Shown here piece after piece: positions 52,735-64,000 of a DNA stretch of 64,000 nt. Numbering within the stretch: the stretch's first letter is position 1; every line of letters begins with the position of its first letter. The notes under the pieces were generated by a model. That model saw only the letters and a program-made list of their open reading frames with translations, had not been told where the DNA came from and did not search any database. The stretch comes from Auanema rhodensis (taxonomy: Eukaryota; Animalia; Nematoda), in assembly GCA_964057225.1 (NCBI GenBank), contig OZ059899.1:5146001-5210000 (forward strand), read 5' to 3'. The translations under genes were made by a program, and so were the position numbers.

Positions 52735-55661
52735 GACGTCATCAGATTTTTTGTAATCTGAAATCCATTTGCACTTTTAATGCAGCAGCAATGAATCGTT
52801 AAAATCAATAGTCAACGAAAATAAACAGAAGAAAGCGAATAAATCTTACGAAAAACTATAAAATCATCGATGCAAAAGTCTCATGAGATCATAGTTAATA
52901 AGAAATAGTTAAAATTAATACTGTATATGACCAAATAAAGCATGAGTAAATAGAAATCATGTTGTTGACTATTTTCAAATCATTTGGAAAAAATAAGTTT
53001 GATAACTCATGGAAAGTGAAATGTATTTGTCGAAAAAATCCCTGAAATGGCAAAACCTCAAATGTTCATTGTGAAAAAAGCAAAATTTATGACTTTGAGA
53101 ATGACCAGATAAGAAAAAATCTGAAATGTGAGCAGAACTTAAAACCTGCCACAGACCAGTACAAAGCCTCTGAACGATTTTATCAATTTTTGATTGGAAT
53201 ACAACACAGGTTTTAAAATGCTAATGAAAAAACATTAAAAAAACAATTAAATGAAATAAATGAATAATATATTAAAAATAGCATATAGCTGATTGAAAAT
53301 TAGTTTTGAAAGCAAACTTTTAATAAAAAATTGATTATTTTGTTAACATGAAAGTAAAATATAAAACGTCGACTTTTAATCTTAATTGAATTATGCCAGA
53401 ATATAGCATACTAGCATAAAATAACAAACGGCTTTTTTATTTTCTACTACCTCTGGAGGCTACTATTGATTGCCGAGACTTTCACAAGCCTCGCAGTAAG
53501 TTGTAAACAAGTAAATAACGGGCGATGACGTTGGCTGTTGCACAAAAAACAACCTATGAACCAAAAACTTATCATAGAAAAATGAAAAAAATACTGTTAT
53601 TTGATCCAAGAAGTCATGAATTAAAAAGCCTATGAGGAAATAATCGATACAAAAAGTTGGGCAACGAAAAACTATCGACAACGCAGAAACCCAAGCATTG
53701 CGGCACAAAATGTTGCGAAACATTTAAAAATTCATCATAAATAGAAGTAACACATTATAAAGAACCGTGAAGATTGTATTTAGCAATAATAATTTTAGAA
53801 ATTAAATAATATGAATCAAAAGTTTCAAAAAACAGCATTCCGTCGTATTCCGTCGCCGGAGACGGGAAACAATGCGTGGCGTGGCGCGATGCGGCCTGCG
53901 CCACTCCGGCCTGGTACGGGCTGGTAGACGAACATTGCTTCTCTGCGTCTCTGTCCCGAACTGACCTTCCTTTGTTCCTGGCACTCTCACCATACGACAT
54001 GCTATGCAAGACCGCCTCTGTATCTGATTTCTCTAACCTTCCATACTGCTTTCATAGTCAGTCCTTCTGCTTCAGTCTTTTTCAATCACTCGAAACCTTC
54101 ACCGACAAAAACGGCATCGTCGTGGTCACTCCACACACTTCGATGACAAAGTTCATCTTCCTTCATTCTTGTTCGTTTTGTTCCGAAAAGCGTCACACTT
54201 CGAAGAATCGAGGCCTAGGTTCTCTAGATTTTATATAATGAATATGTTTGTCATTATAAAATTACAAATAAGAAAACAAATATAGTAAATATTCATTCGT
54301 GGCAGCAACATACAACATGCGGTAGTATAGCAGTGGTGTAGTATTAAGATAGATGATAATCATTGTTCGCTTCTATTTCGGATACATATTTCATACAAAA
54401 TCTGAATATCATTAGATGGGCGGAAAGGGTTCCTGATGAGAGGTTGTGGTGGGAACATTTATCAGCAGAAAAAGTTCTATTAATGGTTTGGGGTTGAATA
54501 TATAGAACCGACTAACCCTTCGACGACATAGCGCCGTACTCACGCCAGAAAAAAAGTAAAAACGAAAAAAAAATTATCCTTATGTCATGCTCAGTCTAAT
54601 TTAACAATTACATAAAAATGAAATCAGAAGTTATAATTCGTCATAAATTAATCATAACAATGATTTCTCATATTTGTAGGTAAATGAGAATACAATCTTC
54701 AAGAAAATGAACAGGAAGAATGTAGCTGAAAAGCTCCAGATTACAAAAATAAATTGACTGGATCTTAAATGGAGGATGAGCACTAGCAATAGGGGAAGGG
54801 AACGGTCGGAGACAAAGACATTAATCAAGTATTCGAAAATACATGGCAAACATTCAGACTCAGAACGTGCCAAGAAGAGTTAGCTGAATTGCACGGTTCC
54901 CATTCAAGGAACAGACTCAGTGATGTGACAACTTTAAAGAAGTCGAATGGGTTGGTTAGGCTACTGCTCACGAACGGAATACAGAAACACTAGATAGCCT
55001 ATTAAGATCAATGAGATGGCTAAACCTCACTTGACTTATCAAAACGACTTAGCTAAGTTCCAATTTTCCGTCATCTTCTGTTGGCTATTTTACCGGACCC
55101 GTATTAGAAGTAACTCATAAAAGTATAAACTTCTATGACTCACCTCGCACATAAAAACAGATGAACAAAAAACAAACAAGTATACAAACATATAAACAAA
55201 GTGTGAATAAATTAAGGTGGCGGGTTCCTCTGGCACGAATATGATCTAAAACATGAACTCATCCGATCAAAACTAATGAACCCGCTCCCCCAAGAGAACT
55301 CTTTTTACATATTTAATGCTAAAACGAAACGTTAAAACATGAAAATATGTTAAGATTCCTCCCAAATAATAGGCCTAAAAATGTACACAATCACTCATAG
55401 AAATCAATAAATAATGAACAGAGATGACAGAGGGGGAGAGGTAAAAAATAAATGGGCAACTACCCGCAACTCTGGATATCTCAGTTTAATACAGTGTGGC
55501 CAGCAACTGTATATTTTATATATCTCCAAAGATACTCATAACAACTGCTCGAAAAAGAAACAAATCACGTTGAATTCGTTTATAAGACGAACAATGAAGG
55601 GGAACTACTATGCTCGTTAAAGGAATACCGCGTATGCGTTAAAAGCTTTTGGAGGATAGAT

Positions 55662-58270
55662 TTACTCGGATCCTGATCCGCTTCCATTGGTTGCATTATT
55701 CGGTTTTTGCTCTTAAAATACAAACTATATTGAAAAAATAAAAGAGTAATAGCAAACCTGCGTTCAATTCATCAGAATTACCAGGCTTTTTAGTATTAGA
55801 CTTGTCGTGAATCGATGTACGATTGAACTCGTTTATAAGTTGGGAAATGCGGCATTGAACCGATTGGGTAGCGTTGAATCCACCGATAATGCGAACAATT
55901 GTTCCTACGTCTTCTTTTCCTAATTGATGATATTCAGATTTCATGAGTCGGACAAGTACTTACCTTCATCCTCGCTAGTGGGAGCACTATCTTCTTTTTC
56001 TTTCTTTTCGTCTTTCTTTTCGTCTTTTTCTTTTTCTTTCTCTTTCAGCTCATCTTCGGGGATTTTTACAATAGCTCCAGTAATGCGCTGGAGTTCCCTA
56101 ACGTTTTGGCCTCCTTTTCCGATTATTCGACCAACTAAACGGGAAGGAACGTGAAGATCCATACGCAGAGTTACCTAAATAACATATATTTAGTTCATTA
56201 ATAGAACAATTATTTTCTTACATCATCAATGTAATGTTGAGATTGCTCGGCAACACGTTGGAAAATACAATATTGAGCTCGGTATTGTTGCTCCTCGGTA
56301 CCAGTGATGGTTACAAGACGTTCGTCCTCCGGTTTTTTTTCATCTTTACCAACTTGTTTTTTATCACTCTCCTTCTCCTTTTCATCAACAATAGAGTTGG
56401 TATTTTCATTTTCTTCTTTGAACTCTTCCTCCTTCTCCTTGTCGCGTTTTTCACCTCCTTCAATCCGAATGTTAGCTCCAGACCCCCGCATAATACTGCG
56501 AATATTAGTTCCTCTAGTCCCAATAATAGCACCAACCATATTGTTTGGTACCCACATTTTGACTACTTTAGCTGCCTACAATTATGAAGCTTAGCAGGTA
56601 ATTGTTTAGTTTAAAATATACTTGATTGCCTTGATATAATTGATTAGAAAATCTAGTGCTGAATGGGTCAGGACCAAGTAAAAATCCGGGAACGCTACCA
56701 GGCATGTTGTTCAGAGCCATCTAAAAATATATTTAGAATGTTTTTAAAATGAGTCTCTTTACTCTATTTTGAAAATCAGCTTCATGGCTTTGGCGAAGCT
56801 TCGATGTAATTTTTTGCTCAGCAGCAGAGACCTAAATATTTAAATACCAAAGGAAATCAAAAGATAGAATATACATTTTCAATAGAAGGACCCTTAACAG
56901 TAATAGTTCTCTCTAGTTGCATGATGACATCATTAAATGGTCTTATTCCACCGTAAGAAACCTGAGCGGGTCTAGAAGCATTTTCGCTAGAAAAAAAGCT
57001 GATCCACACATAAACTAATTCTAACTTACTTGGAAACAAAGATGGTTGTTCCTGTTTCCTGCATTATCTTTTTAATGGTAGCTCCTTGCTTTCCAATAAG
57101 ACGTCCAACTAATTGATTATAGGCCCTGATTTTGAGTTCAACATCATGAATCCTTCAAAGATTTACTTATACTACTACATAAATTGAATAGACTTACTCA
57201 ATACTTTCATCTTTGTCTAATTCATGCTGAACTACTTCCATAATCTTCACACAAGCTTTGCTGGTATTTTCAGCTGGTCCGGAAATTGAAATAATCTAGT
57301 CAAAAGAAGTTATAACAACGTGAGATTTCTATAAGATACCTTCTCAGCATGCCCTTGCTGATCTTTCACCATTTTGTGAACATCTACGACAACACGAGCT
57401 TTGCATTCCTTAGTTATTTCACGAATATTACTACCAGCTGTTCCAATTATGGCACCAACGTGTTTGGAATCAATAACTATACGAAGAGGTAAATCCTAAA
57501 ACGAGCAAAGGCTAATATCCAATACTACTTGAAATTGACTAACCGCCGCAGGCATATTACTAATATAGCGTCCTGGGATTTGGGAAGCATCAACAGGTCC
57601 ATTACCACTACGAGCTCCACCACCACGGGTACTACCTCCACGAGTGTTTCCGCTTGATACTGCCATAGCAGTTTGATGATTATGTTGAGAACCTAGAAAT
57701 GAGAGCAGCATGAAGCATTTGAGCAGTAATAAAGATTGATAGTGAAAACATGGTGATCAGAAAGTGAGAAAAAGGAAAACTAATTTGTCGTGGCGATTAC
57801 ATGGATTCTTTTTGTAACAGATGAGCAAATATAATCTGTTAAACATAAAGCATTAGCCAAAGTATAATCTATTAAAATGTGGTACATGTTCAAGATACAA
57901 CGAAAATGATGCTTTAAACATCAAATTAGCCGATCTCATCTAATAACAGTGTCAGAATAGAAAAAAAGGTGGGAGAAACGGTGGAACCGAGCAATATATG
58001 AAAAAACTAACTGTAGTCCAAAGACGCATTTGCAGATCCAGGGTTCTGATAGTGTTGTTGATAAGTTGATTGTATAGGTTGGTGATTCATGGCCTGAGGC
58101 TGATAATACATTTGAGGAGTTTGAGAGGTTCCAGATGCCTGAAAACCAAAATAGTACCAAATTCAAATGGCTACTGGAAAACGTGTTGAACTTACAGGTG
58201 CAGTTGAATAGATATAATGAGCGTTAGACTGATTAGATGCTTGCGCTCGGCCTTGTTGATAGTAATCCAT
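55662..58270 (-). CDS. imph-1: IMP/IGF2BP/ZBP1-family RNA-binding protein with four KH domains
   Basis: Four KH GxxG loops: [36 protein letters not shown] and [14 protein letters not shown]-rich N-terminal exons. In-frame stop upstream of the ATG at 58270. Confidence 0.88.
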
Positions 58271-59430
58271 ACCCAGTTTGCTGGGCACAAGTGCTACTTC
58301 AAAAAGAGAACTATGCGAAAATTACGTGGAAGACGCTGAAAATGATGACTACTTCTCGACTACTTCCGCGGTGACTGAAACCACATACATAAAGGTATGA
58401 AAAGAAACGGATAACATGAAAAATAAAAGTATGATTAAATCAAGAACATTTTAAAACTTCTCAATGAATCACATAAAAGTGAAAACTTTGTTGTAACAAA
58501 AAGATTATACTATGGAGAACTTGGGATCAAAACAGGAGCTATAAAATTACCATGAAGAATTATCGAGATTATTAATTAATTCAAATTTTAGCGGCATAAT
58601 TTAAACAAGGGTGGGCTGAAAAAATTACACTTGTAAACAGAATACATACAGCTAAATCTAACAAAACTTGGTTCGTAATTGGTGAGTGCACTTCATGGCA
58701 AAACTTCGAATATTAAGATATATATATATATATATATTCAGCTATAAAGATTATACATATAGCGTTAATGGGCATATCTTGCATGTTATAGATTTCACTG
58801 GGGTGACAACCACATTCAAGAGAAATCGGAGATATAATGCAACAAAAACTATGATTAAAATACTGCTTTTAACGGCCAATACACAGTATTACGAGCATAT
58901 TTATCTGGAACAGATGATAAATATGATAGAGATTGTGATGTCTGTCTGGATGAAAAGTACATTTACAACTAGCTGCCACAGAATCAGAAACTTTCCATGC
59001 AAAGCCGATCGCAACATTTTGCTTTCGGAATAAATTCGGTACAAACAATATCGATAAGAACCGTAGGAAACTGTCCTTCTATAACATAAGCTTACTCACG
59101 AACATCGTTGTTGTTTAAAAACTCGCCGAAAACTGCAACACAAGAGAAAGGAAATGAAAGTGAATTGGCTTATGAACGGTACAGCAGTCGCAGTTTTCGC
59201 GTAAAGGGATACATAGAATAGAAGAAGCCAATAGAGATGTGCATCCAAATAGAATAGAAAAAACAAAAATCTTCGTACATTACTTCGAGCAAACAGATAG
59301 GATAAAAAGAAACAGCACAATAATAACAAAAATATAGAATTTATAGTTTAAAAATTTAGATAGCATAGGGGCATATCAAACCAAACGAAGCCAAGCTAAC
59401 CAGCCAGCCAGCCCTGCCCTGCCTAGTCCA

Positions 59431-59456
59431 AGCAGCAGCAGCAGCAGCAGCAGCAG
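59431..59456. repeat. (AGC)8 microsatellite in a GC-rich low-complexity block upstream of imph-1
   Basis: Direct reading. Flanked by CAGC/CCCTG repeats and a CT tract. Confidence 0.9.
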
Positions 59457-62400
59457 AGGCGGCGAACACACTCACCACTCCTCTTTCTCTCCCCTGTGTC
59501 TCTCACTCTCGCTCTTATACATATACATATGGACCCTGTATTGATCGCAGTCATCGCCGAGGCAACCAACACTCTTACACAGTGAAACCAGGCGGCCAGT
59601 GTCCAGCCGCGGTGTTGATCACAGATAGAAGATGAGGGAGAAGTATACTGAGATGAACAGTAGAAAATAAAGGAAACTGAAAAGCAGAGAAGAACAGAGT
59701 AGAGAAGAGGATGAAAAGAGAGATGAGAATGTGTCCCTGAGTGGGCGCAGCAAGGCGTACACTCAACTCTTCTATCGCTGCCATTGCTATTGGAGGACCA
59801 TCAAAGCTGTGCCAAGAGGACAAAGAAACGAGCGAAAGCAGAAAAGTTGGACCGAAATTGAAAGCATAGGCAATTTTGACGCTTGGAATCGTAGAAAACA
59901 AAATTTAACTACAGGTTAACTCTGGTCTCTCATATCATATACTATTGTGATTGAAGCCCAGAACCTTTTTTTCTGCATCATCTCCATCTTCATCATTCTC
60001 ATTTTCTCTTTCTTTTCATGTCCCATCCACTCTTCCTCAGACAACACTCGTAATTTCTTTCGCAAATCAATAGCTTAGTGTGCTGCTAGTTGTTGAAGAA
60101 AGGATGCATCAGGACAAGCATGCGGGAACAGGCACAACGGCGAAAGAACGTTTCAGTATTCGATAGAAAATCTAATGACGACATTTTACACCCTCATTCA
60201 AAGGGTTGGTTTATTTAACTCAAACGTATTCAGAAAATCTATAAATATATAAAATGTAGGCTCATTATCGGTATATATATCGAGCCAAGAAATCTGAGAT
60301 GTTCAATTTAATAGCGATTAAATTAAGAGCAATAACTGATATTAATTTTAAGCATGAGCTTTTAAAATATAATAAAACATGCAAGTATAATTATAACTAA
60401 ACGGCAAAGTGAACAACTTGGCGCAAAGCCAAAAGATAAATTGGCACTGTGCCACAGCAAGGCAAGCGTTCTCTAAGTAGGGCAGAAAGGTCACCATACA
60501 AAAAAATTCCGCAGAGAACGGAATCTTACTTAGAACCGTTGATGCTTTATCCAATATAATAGTATATTAGATGAACAAAAAAGATAGAATATTCGAATTG
60601 CTCTCGCATTGAATGGGGACTAGTTAAATCTGTACTTTTCAAAATTCTCGGAAACTTAAAACGTATATTAATCAAACAATGAGAGATCAACAACAAAACC
60701 TATGAGAAGACCTAACTTAGTTAGTGGTGATTAAATTAATTTCGGGCTACTTTGTAATAGTCCTTATAATATAATATCCAACTGTGGTAAAAACTATGCT
60801 TCTTCATATTCAATCTTCGTTTTTTTCCAAGAGAGCATTTAAACAGATTGATAAAGAGGGAGGCATGACAAGATTGACTCCAATCAAATGTTTAAAAATA
60901 CACAACGCAGTATTTTCTCTAATGAGACAGAAAAATCTGCCAAAACTCGTGATATAAGAAACTAGGAAAAGCTCACAGAGAAGAATTAACAATATAAATC
61001 TAGTTTCAATGAATTTCAGTACCGTTTTCCCTATTTTTATATAGAAAAGGACTTTTACCCCGACAGTTACAAAGTCAAATTCGCGCATCCATTTAGAACC
61101 ATGACCTTTAAAATTACACAAATGATCAATTACGACCCAGTCATTGATTAGTTTCCGTTACAAAAAGCGGTATTTCGTATGCAGCCGATAAACAGTTAGA
61201 AACTCAAAATACATATTAGTTGACATTCCGTTTCAAAGACATGATAACCTTGATATGGACTATAAACTCAGTTGCACCTATTCAACAACTCAGAAAATTA
61301 AAATTTTTGTTGGTGCTATAACTGAGAAACCGAATATAAAGCAATTGACATGAAACCAACAGCAATAAAATTTTGCAATATACAAGAGTAATAAAACTTT
61401 AATACGTAAAAGCATAGATTCATCATTAATGACGAAAAGAAAAAGAAGTTTAACGTTCGCGAAGCGTTAGATTGTCGAATAACGCAATCTCGTGTCGCGG
61501 TCATCTGCCTGGGTAGTGCTGATGGCCTTGGTTATTGATCAAAACGGTTAGGAGGGGATAGACAAATGAGAGCAGAGATGATGACAAGACATAGAATTGA
61601 GGGCAAAGCTAATCCAATGTTGTCAACACAGCTCATCGACGGGTCACTTGTAAGTGTACTGGTCACTATCAGAAGCCACCAAATACTTGTCATTTGATTG
61701 ATACATTTAAGAGTAGACGACATAACTGTTTTAATAGTGATATCTATATCATATCAGACTCAAGCCAAATGCTCAGATAGAGTTCAAACACATAAAAAAC
61801 GCAAAAGGTAATCAACCAAGCGTCCCTAAATTGCAGATAAAACATAATTGGTAAGAGCATTTTAATATATCATAAGCCCACTTGCAAAATAAATAGAAAT
61901 AATGATCTAATTAAAATTCAACCAGATCATCATGAGACGATAGTGCCACAGATTATTATAAGTAGAAAATTTAGAAATCAAAGAAAATATAGCAATCCAC
62001 ATATAATAAAAAATAAAAACATCATACATATATATAAATATAAATATATAATGTTTTTATTACAAATGAGAAAAAAAAGTTTAAAATGGATAAACATAAA
62101 CAGGAAAAAAATAAACGTACAACGGATTAACAGTAAAAAAACAAAATTGATAAAGCACGCAGGATATAATCGCTAAACTGCGTTCTCCTTGCAATTTAGC
62201 GTTAGAGCGCATTTTTATTTTTTAGTCTGCTCCTTACTAGGATAGCAATCATTAATTCTTCCATAATTTCACCATATTGTATTTTACAATTGAATATTGG
62301 AACATTCCTGCGAATTTTTAAAATCATTTCATATTTTTTAATATAAGAATATTCTTATTACCTTTCAGTGGTTATCATGGGTATTCGCATTATACTCCCT

Positions 62401-62593
62401 ATGTTACAAACAAACTTGCTTTACTCAATTTCATTTGTATTTTCCTCTTGTTCATTTATCTTTATCACCTGGTTTTGTCTCCCATAGCAACGGGATTACT
62501 TTTCGATCTGCTGTAGTAATCAGCGGGCTTAATCCGCTGTGCGCACACTTTTCTCAGCTCATCATAATGCTGGTTCTTGACGTTCCTTCAGAA

Positions 62594-64000
62594 ATGATCG
62601 TATTCCCTAATTCATTGGATAGTTGGTTTGATAAAACAACTAAATTACACTGCCAACAAGAGAAAGAAAAAGGAATTCTGACGTCAGTCTATTTTTTAAT
62701 TGGCTCTTTCTGTTCGGATGGAGATATTCATGTGGCTTATCCTGTTAAATGCCCCCATCCGGAATCGGCTAAAGATTCTGTAAGTTCTAAACGTGTTAAG
62801 CGGAATTTATTGAAAGAAAAACTATCTATTTGCGGAGATGAGAAGGTATGTATTATCAGAAATATGTCGTATCGTGTAGCACACTTCTCATCTGTACACT
62901 TGATTCTAAGTTTTACTCTTTCTTGCACCTAGCTGTGTAATCTTCAGCATTACTTTCTAAAACTTTTGTAGGTAAACAATCATATTATTCTTTATTCTTT
63001 AGGAAGGAGATGCGCTCAGTAAATCTTTGGATGATGAATGGATAATTGACTGTGCGGGAAAAATAACAAGAATCTTACCTGGTGGTGTTAATGTTGTAGG
63101 TAAGTATTATTTCTTCAAGCCTTTTGAAAAGTATTTATGATTTGAGGAGTTGCTTGGTTCTCAAATAAGAATGTTTATGTTGAAAATAAGTCAATGATAG
63201 TTATGGCTATTGCTCGAATACAAAGAACAAACAATTCCTTAACAACACTGAATCTGGGAAATGTTCATGACTATATGGTAAATTGAAGGATATGTCTTTT
63301 TTCTTAAATTTATTCGTGATTTTCAGGGTTTAGTATTCATTGAGACACCTTTTGGCAAAGCACAGGGAACCATAGTTGATGTAGTGAAACGAAGTCCTGA
63401 AACGCCAACTAAAATATCATTTTCAGCGGTAAGGGATTGATTAAACTTTTTAAATAGCACGGTTTCACAGTTAGAATGGATATCAGTCGTAACAAATGCT
63501 TCTGCACGGGTTAATCTCAACGTTCCACTCAGAGGTCAGCAGTCCCATTTCTATAATGAGTTTGCTGCCGCTATACGTCCTTTTGCGGAAAATCTGTTTT
63601 CGTGTGATACGGTAAATCTTTTTTAAACAGAATACCATCAAATGGCCCTTATGCAGATCTTAATAGACGGAGTTTTAAGAGAGGGCACTGAACCGTTGTT
63701 TAAGGATCCTAAAAAGAAAAAATCTACTGCCGTAGATGTGCAATTATTTATTGATCCCTGTCGTATGTTATACTACTGTTTCCAAAATAGAAATGGATTT
63801 TAGATAATAAGGAAAACTCTTGTGTGCCACAGAAAGCTAGCAATCTTCATGAAATAACATTTGATGTTGAGGTACATAACACTTATACTTATAGAAAATT
63901 GAAAGAATGACCCAGATTTAAGCATTTAAACTTAATTTTAGATTCGTGGAGCTGTGCCTGTTCGTTCTAACGTAGAAGCTGTCAAAACGGCTGCTAAGCA
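62594..64000 (+). CDS. odr-4: ODR-4 ER accessory factor for GPCR maturation, 3' end outside window
   Basis: YFLIGSFCSDGDIHVAY, DEWIIDCAGKITRILPGGVNVVGVAWFS, WISVVTNASAR and FDVEIRGAVPVRS match remembered C. elegans ODR-4. ATG follows CCTTCAG. Confidence 0.9.

Noticed and set aside
52884-52905. TGAGATCAT resembling bantam/miR-80 family 5' end
   Set aside because: The remainder diverges and there is no hairpin
52980-53150. Possible 10-bp periodic A-tract (PATC-like) signal
   Set aside because: Too weak to distinguish from AT-rich background by eye; it needs a periodicity calculation
55924-56594. Plus-strand Phe/Ser/Leu-rich ORFs
   Set aside because: Antisense shadows of the Glu/Lys-rich loops of imph-1
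1-64000. Transposons, telomeric TTAGGC arrays, CRISPR arrays, horizontally acquired intronless genes
   Set aside because: No transposase or RT ORF, long terminal repeats, tandem telomere units, repeat-spacer arrays or long intronless ORFs were seen

Overview
AT-rich, gene-dense eukaryotic DNA from a rhabditid (clade V-like) nematode. Most introns are about 40-55 nt, and several start codons sit directly behind trans-splice-like acceptors. Splicing by hand gives 16 protein-coding genes. In order they are ECM29 (5' truncated), a 60-aa single-ShK secreted peptide, a secreted VWA-only protein, astacin nas-4, atgl-1, FHIP/FAM160, POP1, a Tyr/Gly-rich secreted peptide gene nested antisense in a POP1 intron, mrps-17, mdt-30, RFC5, rpc-2, mlc-3, pan-1, imph-1 and odr-4 (3' truncated). 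RFC5-mdt-30-mrps-17-POP1-FHIP look like one minus-strand operon, head-to-head with rpc-2. I found no convincing tRNA, rRNA, transposon or CRISPR element. The most notable observations are: (1) two small secreted-peptide genes whose true frames the ORF track misses; (2) an AT-rich island of three secreted-protein genes, with apparent alternative +/-ShK C-termini on nas-4; (3) unusually relaxed splice signals, with three obligatory GC-AG introns in POP1, many AAG acceptors and one GAG acceptor; (4) frame-preserving cryptic exons in the few longer introns; (5) several candidate regulatory or structured elements. Gene names and C. elegans locus identities are recalled from memory, not from a database search.
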